DNA from: Chromatiales bacterium
GTDB lineage: Bacteria; Pseudomonadota; Gammaproteobacteria; SpSt-1174
Assembly (NCBI GenBank): GCA_014762505.1
Contig: JABURS010000029.1
Coordinates: 60,178-124,177, forward strand
Direction: 5' to 3'
Length of the DNA stretch: 64,000 nt
Both the position numbers and the translations under genes were made by a program. A model generated the notes under the pieces. It was not told where the DNA came from, made no database searches, and was given only the letters and a program-made list of their open reading frames with translations. Positions 1 through 9,583 of the stretch are shown piece by piece; position 1 is the stretch's first letter, and each line of letters starts with the position of its first letter.

Positions 1-704
1 TAGGAGACGATCAACGTGTCCTTGTCGAACATGGCCGCCTGAAAACGCGAGTAGGGGCACATGTAGGTACAGACCTGCTCGCGCGCGAGGCCCGCCATGA
101 CGTAGGTGGTCGTCATGAGGAAGAAGGTCGTTGCATAGGCGGCAAACGGCGCCTGCCCGGTAAAGAAGGCAACGGCCAGTTCCGGGGCGTTGCCCCAGTA
201 CATGGTGAAACTGAAACCCGTCACGAAGGCGACGGCCAGCCAGAGGAGATGCGTGGCGCCGAGGCGGGCGATCTTCTCACCACCCCAGGGCTGTTTGGCC
301 AGGCGGATACGCGCCGGTCGTTCACCCTGGGTCAGCTTCTCGATGGCGATGAAGACATCGGTCCACAGGGTCTGAAAACAGAAATAGCCGCAGAAGACAC
401 GCCCGGCGATACCGGTGACGAAGAACAGCAGAAAGGCGGCGATCGCCAGCAGCCAGGCCAGCCAGAAGATGTCCTGGGGGTGAACAATCAGATCGAAGAG
501 GTAGAAGCGACGCCCGGGCAGATCCCAGAGCACGGCCTGGTCAGGCCCGACCGGCCTTTCCCAGCGCAGCCAGGGCAGCAGGAAGTAGACACCATAGGCC
601 AGGGCAAGAATGCCCCACTTGAGTCGCCGGAAGCGGCCCTTTACCGAACGCGGATAGATGGGAATGCGCTTGGCGTATAACTCGACCTGCTCTTCTGAAC
701 TCAT
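1..704 (-). CDS. ccoG: cbb3 oxidase accessory 4Fe-4S membrane protein CcoG/FixG, N-terminal part (gene continues past window start)
   Basis: Reverse-strand translation from ATG (rc of 702-704): MSSEEQVELYAKRIPIYPRSVKGRF... with TM segments and a CTYMCPY ferredoxin-type Cys motif; directly downstream of ccoNOQP. Not in the ORF track because it runs off the edge. Confidence 0.75.
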   Translation of the reverse strand, partial: MSSEEQVELYAKRIPIYPRSVKGRFRRLKWGILALAYGVYFLLPWLRWERPVGPDQAVLWDLPGRRFYLFDLIVHPQDIFWLAWLLAIAAFLLFFVTGIAGRVFCGYFCFQTLWTDVFIAIEKLTQGERPARIRLAKQPWGGEKIARLGATHLLWLAVAFVTGFSFTMYWGNAPELAVAFFTGQAPFAAYATTFFLMTTTYVMAGLAREQVCTYMCPYSRFQAAMFDKDTLIVS

Positions 705-784
705 CGCCTCGACCAGTTGAAGTGAGTGGTGGGCGCGGGAGGGAACGACGGCGCCCGCAGGCGCCGTCGTAGACTACCGTGTGC

Positions 785-1714
785 TTATTCGCCGCCCGAC
801 AGGCTGTACACGTAGGCGGTGAGCAGCTTGATCTCACCGTCGGAGAGACGACCTTCCCAGGCCGGCATGTGGCGCGAAATGCCGTTGGCGATGACATTGC
901 GCACCGCCGCATGCTTGGCCTCGTAACCTTCGGCGCCGTTGACATCGGCCACGGTCCAGATGGAATCGGTCAGGTTCGCCGCACCCACGGACTGCAGGCC
1001 GGTACCCGCTGCGGTATGGCAGTAGTAGCAACCGCCTTCCTCGCCCTGGAAGATCTTCTGACCCATGGCGACCTGCCCGGCATCACCTTCATGCCCGGAG
1101 AGGCTCAGGGCATAGGCGGTCACGGCATCCAGCTGCTCGTCGCTGAAGGTGGCGGCGAAGGCCGGCATGTAGCCCATGCGGCCCTGGCGCAGGGTTTCCT
1201 CGATCCTGGCGGTGCTGCCACCCCACAGCCAGGCATCGTCCACCAGGTTCGGGAACAGGCCGACAACACCCGTACCACCGGTACCATGGCAGGCGGCGCA
1301 GTTGTCACCGAACAGGCCCTTGGCATAGGAACGCATGAAGGCAGCCTTGTCCGGATCGGACAGGATCTCGTCATACGAGGCGCCGATGATCTGTTCCAGA
1401 TACTCGCGCTGCTTCACGGCGCCGTCCGAGAATTCCATGTCATAGGCGAGCTTGGCACGCGTATTCCAGTGCGAACTGACCGTTTCACCTGCATCGTTGG
1501 TGAAGGTGATGTTGTTGCCCACCCCCTTGGTGAAAGAGGTGCCTACCGGCCAGGCCGGATAGATGATCCAGTAAATGATTGCGAAAACAAAGGTCGCGTA
1601 AAACGCCCACACCCACCAGCGGGGAAGCGGGTTGTTGTACTCCTGCAGATCGCCGTCCCAGGCATGACCCGTCGTCTGCACGGCACCGGTTTGCTTATCA
1701 GTCGCGTTGCTCAT
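785..1714 (-). CDS. ccoP: cbb3-type cytochrome c oxidase subunit III (dihaem cytochrome c)
   Basis: 309 aa, N-terminal TM, two CxxCH (CAACHGTGG, CYYCH); overlaps the ccoQ stop. Confidence 0.9.
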   Translation of the reverse strand: MSNATDKQTGAVQTTGHAWDGDLQEYNNPLPRWWVWAFYATFVFAIIYWIIYPAWPVGTSFTKGVGNNITFTNDAGETVSSHWNTRAKLAYDMEFSDGAVKQREYLEQIIGASYDEILSDPDKAAFMRSYAKGLFGDNCAACHGTGGTGVVGLFPNLVDDAWLWGGSTARIEETLRQGRMGYMPAFAATFSDEQLDAVTAYALSLSGHEGDAGQVAMGQKIFQGEEGGCYYCHTAAGTGLQSVGAANLTDSIWTVADVNGAEGYEAKHAAVRNVIANGISRHMPAWEGRLSDGEIKLLTAYVYSLSGGE

Positions 1715-1922
1715 GATTGCTTTCCGCCTTCTTGTCTACGTCGGCACCTTCCTCGTCTTGCAGAGGAATGTACTTGTAACTTTCAAGTCGCTTCGATCGC
1801 CGCTTGCTGCTGTATACGTAGAGAAGAATCCCGACGTATGTGGTGAAGAAGATCACCAGCGCGACGATCTTGCTGTTACCCAGTTGGGTGATCCAGTTCC
1901 ACAGATCTTGCAACGTGCTCAC
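1698..1922 (-). CDS. ccoQ: cbb3 oxidase small subunit CcoQ
   Basis: 74 aa single-TM peptide between ccoO and ccoP. Confidence 0.8.
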   Translation of the reverse strand: MSTLQDLWNWITQLGNSKIVALVIFFTTYVGILLYVYSSKRRSKRLESYKYIPLQDEEGADVDKKAESNHEQRD

Positions 1923-1964
1923 CCCTCGAAATCAGGGCCGCCACGCAGGCGGCCCGGTTCGCGA

Positions 1965-2702
1965 TCAACGGAACTGGACGAAGTATTCCTCGTCGTACCG
2001 GCTGAAGTCGACCATGGTACCGAGCACCTGCAGGTAGGCGACCAGCGCCTCCATTTCGGTCACTCGACCGGGAATACCGTCATAGTTGCCCGACTGTGCC
2101 TGGGCCAGGAGATTGGCCTCGGCGCTGTTGATGTCGAGCAGCTTGGCGACATCTTCACCGAACTTCTCCACATTGGCCTGGTACTCCTCGTCGGTCTCCG
2201 AGTAGGGCACGCCGACGGCCTTCAGGGCACGCATGCGGCTGGCGATGTCGGAATAGGCCAGGTCGTTCTCCAGCAGCCACGGGTAGTTCGGCATGATGGA
2301 TTCCGGCACCACCGAACGCGGCGCGAGCAGATGCTGCACGTGCCATTCGTTGGAGTACTTGCCACCCACGCGGGCCAGGTCCGGACCGGTGCGCTTGGAG
2401 CCCCACTGGAACGGATGGTCGTACTGCGACTCGGCGGCCAGCGAATAGTGACCGTAACGCAGGTCTTCATCGCGGAACGGACGCACCATCTGCGAGTGGC
2501 AGGTGTAGCAGCCTTCACGGATGTAGATGTCGCGACCACGCTGCTCGAGCGGCGTGTACGGACGCACGCCCTCGACCTTTTCGATGGTCTCGTCGATGTA
2601 GAACAGCGGGACGATCTCGACCAGACCGCCAACGCTGATCGCGAGCATGGTCAGGACAATGAGCAGGCCCGCGTTCGTTTCGATACTTTCGTGCTTCATC
2701 AT
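1965..2702 (-). CDS. ccoO: cbb3-type cytochrome c oxidase subunit II (monohaem)
   Basis: 245 aa, CYTCH haem motif, TM anchor, classic CcoO N-terminus. Confidence 0.92.
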   Translation of the reverse strand: MMKHESIETNAGLLIVLTMLAISVGGLVEIVPLFYIDETIEKVEGVRPYTPLEQRGRDIYIREGCYTCHSQMVRPFRDEDLRYGHYSLAAESQYDHPFQWGSKRTGPDLARVGGKYSNEWHVQHLLAPRSVVPESIMPNYPWLLENDLAYSDIASRMRALKAVGVPYSETDEEYQANVEKFGEDVAKLLDINSAEANLLAQAQSGNYDGIPGRVTEMEALVAYLQVLGTMVDFSRYDEEYFVQFR

Positions 2703-2720
2703 GGTCTTACAACTCCCGAA

Positions 2721-4175
2721 TTAAGCGTTGGCCATCTTGGCGGCGATCTTGGCTTCGATCGCGGCCTGCTCGCGCTTGGCAGCGCGCACGGTCATGTAGA
2801 AGTTGTACGCCATGATCACGGCACCGGTGAGGAAGAACATGCCACCGATGGCGCGGACCACGTACGGGCCGTGCAGGAAGGTCACGGATTCGACGAAGGT
2901 GTAGGCCAGGTTGCCGTACTCATCGAAGGCACGCAGCATCAGGCCCTGACCGATACCGGCAACCCACATCGCGGTGATGTAGAGCACGATACCGATAGTG
3001 GCCAGGAAGAAGTGCACGTAGATCAGCTTGATGCTGTAGATCTTCGTATCCCAGAGGCGCGGCACCATGTGGTACAGCGAGCCGATGGACACCATCGCCA
3101 CCCAGCCCAGCGCACCGGAATGCACATGGCCGACGGTCCAGTCGGTGTAGTGCGAGAGGGCGTTGACGCTCTTCAGTGACATCATCGGACCTTCGAAGGT
3201 CGACATGCCGTAGAACGACAGCGAGGTGATCAGGAACAGCATGATCGGGTCGGAGCGCAGCTTATCCCAGGCGCCCGAAAGGGTCATGATGCCGTTGATC
3301 ATGCCACCCCAGGACGGCAGCAGCAGCAGGATGGAGAAGGTCGCGGCCAGCGACGAGGTCCAGTCCGGCAGCGCGGTCCAGTGCAGGTGATGCGCACCCA
3401 CCCACATGTACAGGAAGATGATCGCCCAGAAGTGGATGATGGACAGGCGGTAGGAATACACCGGACGACCCGCCTGCTTGGGCACGAAGTAGTACATCAT
3501 GCCGAGGAAGGCCGCGGTCAGGAAGAAGCCCACCGCGTTATGGCCGTACCACCACTGGGTCATGGCATCCTGCACGCCCGAGAACAGGCTGTAGGATTCC
3601 AGGCTGAACATCGAGACCGGCACCGCCAGGTTGTTGAAGATGTGCAGCAGGGCGGTGGCCAGGATGAAGGCCAGGTAGAACCAGTTCGCCACGTAGATGT
3701 GCGGCTGGGAACGACGGCGCAGGGTCTGGACGTAGATCCAGAAGTAGACCACCCAGGTGACGGCAATCAGGATATCGATCGGCCAGATGAACTCGGCATA
3801 TTCACGGCCCTGGGAATAACCGGCCATGTAACCGATGATCCCGAGCAGCAGGGCGATGTTCCACCCCCAGAAGGTGAAGCCGGCCAGGGCGTCGCTGTAG
3901 AGGCGGGCCTGGGAGGTACGCTGCACCACATAATAAGAAGTGGCGAAGAGCGCGTTACCGCCGAAGCCGAAGATCACGAGGGTGGTATGCACCGGACGCA
4001 GGCGCCCGAAGGTGATCTCCGCGATGTCGAAGTTCAGGAACGGCCAGGCCAGCTCGCTGGCGATGTAAACCCCCGCTCCCATGCCCAAAACGGCCCAAAC
4101 AACGGCCATAATGGCGAATTTCTTGATGATTTCGTAATTATATTGGTCTGTCGATGTTACTGCCGAGTGCGCCAT
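2721..4175 (-). CDS. ccoN: cbb3-type cytochrome c oxidase subunit I
   Basis: Polytopic haem-copper oxidase subunit. The track ORF extends to 4235, but the likely start is [15 protein letters not shown] (ATG rc 4173-4175) with AAGGGG 6 nt upstream. Confidence 0.9.
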   Translation of the reverse strand: MAHSAVTSTDQYNYEIIKKFAIMAVVWAVLGMGAGVYIASELAWPFLNFDIAEITFGRLRPVHTTLVIFGFGGNALFATSYYVVQRTSQARLYSDALAGFTFWGWNIALLLGIIGYMAGYSQGREYAEFIWPIDILIAVTWVVYFWIYVQTLRRRSQPHIYVANWFYLAFILATALLHIFNNLAVPVSMFSLESYSLFSGVQDAMTQWWYGHNAVGFFLTAAFLGMMYYFVPKQAGRPVYSYRLSIIHFWAIIFLYMWVGAHHLHWTALPDWTSSLAATFSILLLLPSWGGMINGIMTLSGAWDKLRSDPIMLFLITSLSFYGMSTFEGPMMSLKSVNALSHYTDWTVGHVHSGALGWVAMVSIGSLYHMVPRLWDTKIYSIKLIYVHFFLATIGIVLYITAMWVAGIGQGLMLRAFDEYGNLAYTFVESVTFLHGPYVVRAIGGMFFLTGAVIMAYNFYMTVRAAKREQAAIEAKIAAKMANA

Positions 4176-4329
4176 CGTGTGCCCCTTAAAGCCTGGTGAA
4201 ACGTCCAAAAGGCAAAAATTTAGCCTGCGAAGCATACAGAAAAATTTGCAAATGGCAAATTAAGGCCGAGCAGGACAGTGGGTTATAGGATGCCAGCCAG
4301 CATCCTACAACCCCGGGATGACGCCCGTA

Positions 4330-4343
4330 TTGAGGCAGATCAG
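4330..4343. promoter_or_regulatory. FNR/Anr-type box TTGAGgcagATCAG (8/10 to TTGAT-N4-ATCAA, TGA-N6-TCA core intact) upstream of ccoN
   Basis: On the ccoN (minus) strand a -10-like TAGGAT (4302-4307) starts 29.5 bp from the box centre, i.e. class-II (-41.5) geometry; cbb3 operons are typically Anr/FNR activated. Confidence 0.35.
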
Positions 4344-5269
4344 ATTTGCGCGAGTCGCTCGCTGATCACTGGCAGGAAGCGGTCGATAATGAGGAAGGCG
4401 AACAGCACCATCAGGTAGACGATTGAAAAGACGAAGGTTTTGATCGCATCGCGCGGGTCACGCGAGCGCAGCATGCGCACCGCATGGTGGATGAAGACCC
4501 CGCCGAGCAGCAGCGCACCGACCAGGTAGAGAACGCCGTTCTCCCCCATCAGGTAGGGCAGCAGGGTCACCAGCACCAGCAGGATGGTGTAGAACAGCAC
4601 GTGCCAGCGGGTGAATTCGTCCCCGTGGGTCACCGGCAGCATGGGGATGCCGACCTTGGCGTAATCCTCCTTGCGGTAGATGGCCAGGGCCCAGAAGTGC
4701 GGCGGGGTCCAGGTGAAGATGATCAGGAACAGTACCAGGGCGTAGGCATCGACCTGCCCGGTCACCGCGGTCCAGCCCAGCAGCGGTGGCGTGGCGCCGG
4801 CCGCACCGCCGATGACGATATTCTGCGGCGTGGCCCGCTTGAGGAACATGGTGTAGACGAAGGCGTAGCCCACCAGCGAGAGAAAGGTGAGCACGGCGGT
4901 GAGCATGTTGACCTGCAGCATCAGGATTGCCATGCCAATGGCGCCGATCAGGCCGGCAAAGGTCAGGCAGCGGCGCACGTCCAGGTGCCCGGTGGGCAGC
5001 GGACGGCGCTGGGTGCGGCGCATCACCCCGTCGACATGACGGTCCACCACGTGGTTGATGGCCGCCGCCGAACCCGCCACCAGCCCGATGCCCAGCGTGC
5101 CGAACAGCAGCGCGTTCCAGGGCATCGCCTCGGGGGAGGCCAGCAGCATGCCCACCCAGGCCGTGAAGAGCATCAGCGCGACCACCTTCGGCTTGCACAG
5201 CTCGAGATAGTCCCGCCAGTGGGTCCAGTGGCCGGAATGCAGATGCAGTGCACGGATCAGTGATGACAT
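4340..5269 (-). CDS. ctaB: protohaem IX farnesyltransferase (haem O synthase)
   Basis: UbiA-family polytopic protein. The track ORF is N-terminally extended into ctaA; the true start is MSSLIRALHLHSGHW (ATG rc 5267-5269). Confidence 0.9.
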   Translation of the reverse strand: MSSLIRALHLHSGHWTHWRDYLELCKPKVVALMLFTAWVGMLLASPEAMPWNALLFGTLGIGLVAGSAAAINHVVDRHVDGVMRRTQRRPLPTGHLDVRRCLTFAGLIGAIGMAILMLQVNMLTAVLTFLSLVGYAFVYTMFLKRATPQNIVIGGAAGATPPLLGWTAVTGQVDAYALVLFLIIFTWTPPHFWALAIYRKEDYAKVGIPMLPVTHGDEFTRWHVLFYTILLVLVTLLPYLMGENGVLYLVGALLLGGVFIHHAVRMLRSRDPRDAIKTFVFSIVYLMVLFAFLIIDRFLPVISERLAQI

Positions 5270-5273
5270 GGTT

Positions 5274-6308
5274 CTAACCTCGCTGTTCAAAGGACGAAGC
5301 CCCCGACCGCAGGATCGCGGCGAGCAGCGTGAGGAGCGACAGCAGCAGGATGGCCGCGACCGCGTTGTGCGCCACGGCCACCGACAGCGGCAGCTGGTAG
5401 ACGATGTTGGAAATCCCCAGCGTGACCTGCGCGCCCAGCACCAGCAGGACGACCAGGGCCGCGCCGCGCAGGCCGTCGCTACGGCGGCCGAAGAGCAGGC
5501 CAATCGCCAGGAGACCGAGGTAGAGCGCGGTGACCAGCGCCCCCAGTCGATGGGTGTAATGGATGGCAGTACGCGCAGGATGGTCCAGCACACCGAATTC
5601 GTAGTTCACGCCCAGGCCACGCCAGAGCACGAAGCCCTCACGAAAATCCATCTCGGGCCACCAGCGTGACTGACACTGGGGGAAGTCCGGGCAGGCCAGC
5701 GCCGCATAGTTGGAACTGGTCCAGCCGCCGAGCGCGATCTGCCCCACCAGGATCACCAGCCCCAGAGTCACCCAGGGCAGGAATCGCCGGTGCCCGTTGC
5801 GCGCGAGCAGCGGCGTTTCACGGCCGCCGATCGCCAGCCACCAGAGCAGGGAGAGCGTGGCGAAGCCACCCAGCAGATGCCCCATGACCACCACCGGCTT
5901 GAGCTGCAGGGTGACGGTCCACATGCCAAGCAGGGCCTGGAAGATCACCAGCCCCAGCAGCAGCAGCGGCAGCAGGACCGGTTGCCGGACGTGCTGGCGA
6001 TTCACCAGTGCCAGCACGGCCAGCCCCAGGATCAGCAGCCCCAGCGTGCCGGCGAAGTAGCGATGGACCATCTCCTTCCAGGCCTTGGGCGCCTCCACCG
6101 GACGCTCCGGGAAGGTGGCATTGGCGCGCGCCACCTCATGCTCGGCCTGCGGCACACCGAGGTGACCATAACAGCCAGGCCAGTCGGGACAACCCAGGCC
6201 GGCATCCGACAGCCGGGTGTAGGCCCCGAGGATCACCACCACTATGGCGAAGACCGTGGCGAACTGGGCGAGCCGGCGGAACAGCCGATGCAGACGGTCA
6301 CTAGCCAA
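5274..6308 (-). CDS. ctaA: haem A synthase (COX15/CtaA)
   Basis: 344 aa polytopic protein with the CPDWPGC and later CPDFPQC motifs typical of CtaA; precedes ctaB. Confidence 0.88.
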   Translation of the reverse strand: MASDRLHRLFRRLAQFATVFAIVVVILGAYTRLSDAGLGCPDWPGCYGHLGVPQAEHEVARANATFPERPVEAPKAWKEMVHRYFAGTLGLLILGLAVLALVNRQHVRQPVLLPLLLLGLVIFQALLGMWTVTLQLKPVVVMGHLLGGFATLSLLWWLAIGGRETPLLARNGHRRFLPWVTLGLVILVGQIALGGWTSSNYAALACPDFPQCQSRWWPEMDFREGFVLWRGLGVNYEFGVLDHPARTAIHYTHRLGALVTALYLGLLAIGLLFGRRSDGLRGAALVVLLVLGAQVTLGISNIVYQLPLSVAVAHNAVAAILLLSLLTLLAAILRSGASSFEQRG

Positions 6309-6903
6309 CTTTGGACACCTTCAGCAGACGTTTGAGATCCTTCATGAGGCCCTTGGCGGTCGCATTGTCGTCATAGCCGAGCACGATGTTGCCCATCGGA
6401 TCGACGAGATAGAGCTGCTGCGCCGGCAGCCCCGCCAGGCCGTCCTCGTCAGCGCCGAGTCTCGCCAGCGGCATGCCCGGGTGTTCCTGCAGGAGACGCT
6501 CGCCCGGGTGCGCATTCGGCGCGGCCTGGAGATAAAGCCGCTGGACGCGCGGGGCATCGCGCCCCAGCGCCAGGCGTGTCTGCCGGGCCTTGAACAGGGC
6601 CGCCTCGCAGGCCAGGTCGCAGGCCCCATCGGCATAGAACACCAGGGTCCAGTGTCCCTCCCAGTAATCGGCCGGCAGCACACTGCCGTTGCGGTCAACG
6701 GCCGGCAGACCTTCCACCGACACCAGCGGCTCGATCAGCCGGCCGTGGTTCGTGTGCGTCGGCGGCGCCCACTCCAGCACCATCATCAGCAGGTAGGCCA
6801 GCAGCAGGGGGCCGACGAAGGCGGCGATCACCCCCAGCAACAACCAGCGTGAACGCGTCACCGACACGCCTTCGCTTCTCAACACCTGTTCACTCATGTG
6901 CAT
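6301..6903 (-). CDS. membrane-anchored CxxxC (Sco/TlpA-like thioredoxin-fold?) protein of the aa3 oxidase assembly cluster
   Basis: 200 aa, one N-terminal TM helix, FYADGACDLAC motif; 8-nt overlap with ctaA and 14-nt overlap with surf1; occupies the slot of the uncharacterised gene between surf1 and ctaA in Pseudomonas-type clusters. Confidence 0.55.
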   Translation of the reverse strand: MHMSEQVLRSEGVSVTRSRWLLLGVIAAFVGPLLLAYLLMMVLEWAPPTHTNHGRLIEPLVSVEGLPAVDRNGSVLPADYWEGHWTLVFYADGACDLACEAALFKARQTRLALGRDAPRVQRLYLQAAPNAHPGERLLQEHPGMPLARLGADEDGLAGLPAQQLYLVDPMGNIVLGYDDNATAKGLMKDLKRLLKVSKVG

Positions 6904-7621
6904 CCTCTCGCTTGAGATTCACGACCACATAGATGACGACCAACGCCGCCGCCAGACCGAACCACTGCACTGCATAGGCAATGTGCTTGGCCGGCGTCAT
7001 GGGCACCACTTCCCAGTCGCGCAGATAGCCTGCGGGCGCCTCGGCCGACAGACGTATCGTCATCGGCAGCAGCGGCATATCGAGACGCTGCGCGAAGACA
7101 TCGAAATCCAGGCTCTGCACGATGCGCGGCCAGCCGGCAGCCGGGTCATCGACATCACCCAGGCTGTAGGCCTCGCCAAACGGGATGTAGATCCAGCCCT
7201 CTATCTCGACCGGCGCCCCGGTCACAGGGATATCCGGCAACACGTCGCGTCGCGCACCCATCGGCAGCCAGCCCCGGTTCACCAGCACCACCCGGCCATC
7301 GACGAGACGAAACGGCGTGAGCACCTCGAACCCCGCCTGACGATTGCGCACCTGGTTGTCGAGCAGGAATTGCCGCTCGGGGAGATACCGCCCGCGAAGG
7401 ACAACCCGGCGATAGCGCAAGGCATCGACATCTCCCGCAGAGAGCGCATCGGCATACAGGGACTGTCCCGCCCGGCTCGCCTCGAAACGCTCGAGCAATA
7501 CGCGCTTTTCCTCTGCGCGTCCGAGCTGCCAGAACCCCAGTGTCAGAAACAGGCCTAGCAACAGCATCACGGCAATACTCGGGAGCAGGCCAGGTGAGAA
7601 ACGGAACGGTCCAGGACGCAT
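6890..7621 (-). CDS. surf1: SURF1 family cytochrome oxidase assembly protein
   Basis: Two-TM topology with a periplasmic domain; likely start MRPGPFRF (track ORF starts 9 codons earlier at 7648). Confidence 0.8.
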   Translation of the reverse strand: MRPGPFRFSPGLLPSIAVMLLLGLFLTLGFWQLGRAEEKRVLLERFEASRAGQSLYADALSAGDVDALRYRRVVLRGRYLPERQFLLDNQVRNRQAGFEVLTPFRLVDGRVVLVNRGWLPMGARRDVLPDIPVTGAPVEIEGWIYIPFGEAYSLGDVDDPAAGWPRIVQSLDFDVFAQRLDMPLLPMTIRLSAEAPAGYLRDWEVVPMTPAKHIAYAVQWFGLAAALVVIYVVVNLKREDAHE

Positions 7622-7692
7622 GCCGCCGACGTCACAAGCCGCACACAACAGGCTGCGTTATACTTCTGCCTGCAATCCATCCGGAGCGTTCC

Positions 7693-7911
7693 ATGATCAT
7701 AAAAATCGCGATTCTGCTTTTGTTTGCGGTCATCCTCGGCAGCCTGGGTTCCGCATTGTTTTATCTGCTCAAGGACCAGGGGGATTCAAAACGCACCGCC
7801 CGGGCCCTGACCATACGCATCGCGGTCTCGATCGCCGCGTTTCTCCTGCTGCTCATCGGCTACTGGGCCGGCCTGATCGAGCCTCACAGCCCCTTCGCCC
7901 CGCCGCAGTAA
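7693..7911 (+). CDS. twin-transmembrane-helix small protein (DUF2909-like) embedded in the cox cluster, opposite orientation
   Basis: MIIKIAILLLFAVILGSLGSALFYLLKDQGDSKRTARALTIRIAVSIAAFLLLLIGYWAG...; two TM helices; ATG at 7693; the track ORF 7540 carries an implausible N-terminal extension. Confidence 0.6.
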   Translation: MIIKIAILLLFAVILGSLGSALFYLLKDQGDSKRTARALTIRIAVSIAAFLLLLIGYWAGLIEPHSPFAPPQ

Positions 7912-7922
7912 TCCGACCAGGG

Positions 7923-7948
7923 CAGCCCGGGGCGCATGCACGCCCCGG
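7923..7948. terminator. 10-bp GC hairpin (GCCCGGGGCG-catgca-CGCCCCGGGC) between the convergent small TM gene and coxC
   Basis: Perfect inverted repeat seen directly; no U-tract. Confidence 0.4.
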
Positions 7949-7958
7949 GCCGATCCCG

Positions 7959-8825
7959 CTACAGCCAGTAAACGAAGATAAACAGGCCGAGCCACACCAC
8001 GTCGACGAAGTGCCAGTACCAGGCTGCCGCCTCGAAGGCGAAGTGATTCTTCGATGTGAAATGGCCTTTCAGCACCCGGATCAGCATCACGGTCAGCATG
8101 ATGGCACCGATGGTCACGTGCAGACCGTGGAAGCCGGTGAGCATGAAGAAGGTAGAGCCGTAGATGCCCGAGCTCATCTTGAGATTGAGATCCGCATAGG
8201 CATGCATGTACTCATAGGCCTGGAAGCCCAGGAAGATCGCACCCAGCAACACGGTCAGCAGGAGCCCCAGCGCCAGCTGGCCGCGCTTGTCTTCCTTCAG
8301 CGCATGATGCGCCCAGGTGATGGTCGCACCCGAGGTGAGCAGGATGGCCGTATTGAGTGCCGGGATACCCCAGGCACCCATGATCTCGAACTGCCCGCCG
8401 ACCTCACCCGGACCGCCGGTCGGCCAGGCCGCCTCGAAGTTTGGCCAGAGCACGGCATTGGTCGACACGCCGTCGCCTTCGCCACCCAGCCACGGCACGG
8501 AATACTGCCGGGCGTAGAACAGCGCGCCGAAAAAGGCCGCGAAGAACATCACCTCCGAGAAGATGAACCAGAACATCCCCCAGCGGAAGCTGAGGTCCAC
8601 CTGCGCGTTGTAGGCGCCAGACTGGCTCTCCCTGATCACGGTGCCGAACCAGCCGAACATCATCACCAGCGTGATGACGACGCCCACCAGCATCAGCAAT
8701 TGGCCAAAATCCGCACCATTGAGCCAGGATGCAAAGCCCACCAGCAGGGTCGTGAGACCGACCGAGCCGACGATGGGCCAGTGGCTGCCATGCGGGATGT
8801 AATACTGCCCTTGTGCATGAGCCAT
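7959..8825 (-). CDS. coxC: aa3-type cytochrome c oxidase subunit III
   Basis: 288 aa, 7-TM subunit III pattern. Confidence 0.9.
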   Translation of the reverse strand: MAHAQGQYYIPHGSHWPIVGSVGLTTLLVGFASWLNGADFGQLLMLVGVVITLVMMFGWFGTVIRESQSGAYNAQVDLSFRWGMFWFIFSEVMFFAAFFGALFYARQYSVPWLGGEGDGVSTNAVLWPNFEAAWPTGGPGEVGGQFEIMGAWGIPALNTAILLTSGATITWAHHALKEDKRGQLALGLLLTVLLGAIFLGFQAYEYMHAYADLNLKMSSGIYGSTFFMLTGFHGLHVTIGAIMLTVMLIRVLKGHFTSKNHFAFEAAAWYWHFVDVVWLGLFIFVYWL

Positions 8826-8873
8826 GGTAAAACCCCCTTTGGTTGTTATCCCATCCGTTGCACGGATCCCGCC

Positions 8874-9419
8874 CTAGTCGTGCAGGGCAATCTTTTGATC
8901 CGTATCAAAAAACGTATATGAAAGGGTGATGGTGGTGACATGGGCCGGCAGCTTCGGGTTGATCACGAAGCTGACCGGCATGTCACGGCCCTCCCCTGCC
9001 TGAAACAGTTGCTGCGTAAAACAGAAACACTCGGTCTTGCTGAAATAGCGGGAGGCGGCATTGGGCGCCACGCTGGGAATGGCCTGGCCGGTGACATCCC
9101 TGTCCGTGAGATTACGGGCATGAAAATTCACCGTGTAGACCTTGCCGGGATGTACCTTCATCTTCGTCACTTCCGGCGCAAACTCCCAACGCAAACCCTG
9201 ATTGAGACTGGTCACGAATTCGACCACGATCTCGCGATCCGGATCGAAGGCATAACTCGCCACCACGGACTCATCGACCACGCCCGTCTTGCCGTTCAAC
9301 CCGGTGATCTCGCAGAAGACGTTATAAAGCGGCACCAGGGCAAAACCGAAACCGAACATCCCCAGCACGAAGATGCCGAGCTTGAACGGGGTTCGGTAGG
9401 TTGCGTAGCGCCCTTTCAT
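8874..9419 (-). CDS. ctaG: cytochrome c oxidase assembly protein Cox11/CtaG
   Basis: MKGRYATYRTPFKLGIFVLGMFGF...; CFCF copper motif; single TM. Confidence 0.88.
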   Translation of the reverse strand: MKGRYATYRTPFKLGIFVLGMFGFGFALVPLYNVFCEITGLNGKTGVVDESVVASYAFDPDREIVVEFVTSLNQGLRWEFAPEVTKMKVHPGKVYTVNFHARNLTDRDVTGQAIPSVAPNAASRYFSKTECFCFTQQLFQAGEGRDMPVSFVINPKLPAHVTTITLSYTFFDTDQKIALHD

Positions 9420-9429
9420 CACGCGCCCC

Positions 9430-9537
9430 TAACGAGTGCCCATGAGGATGAAAAATCCCACATAGAAGCCAATCGCAACCAGCGCGAGTATTGCCAGGGT
9501 GATACGGATGCGGTGTTGCTGTCGTGTATCCTGCATA
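9430..9537 (-). CDS. unannotated 35-codon single-TM ORF between coxA and ctaG (candidate small oxidase subunit)
   Basis: rc: ATG CAG GAT ... = MQDTRQQHRIRITLAILALVAIGFYVGFFILMGTR*; AGGAGG 4 nt upstream; stop about 7 nt before the ctaG start; below the 60-aa track cutoff. Confidence 0.35.
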
Positions 9538-9583
9538 TCGCCTCCTGTTGCCGGGCGGCCGCAACGACCGCCCGGCTGGTTCG

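Noticed and set aside
4340-5593. 417-aa track ORF for ctaB, and similar long N-terminal extensions on hisF (46586), hisB (48899), ntrX (60245), anr (48274), bioH (14826) and ccoN (4235)
   Set aside because: The extensions overlap upstream genes, are low-complexity, and internal ATG/GTG codons align with canonical family N-termini. They were trimmed to the internal starts.
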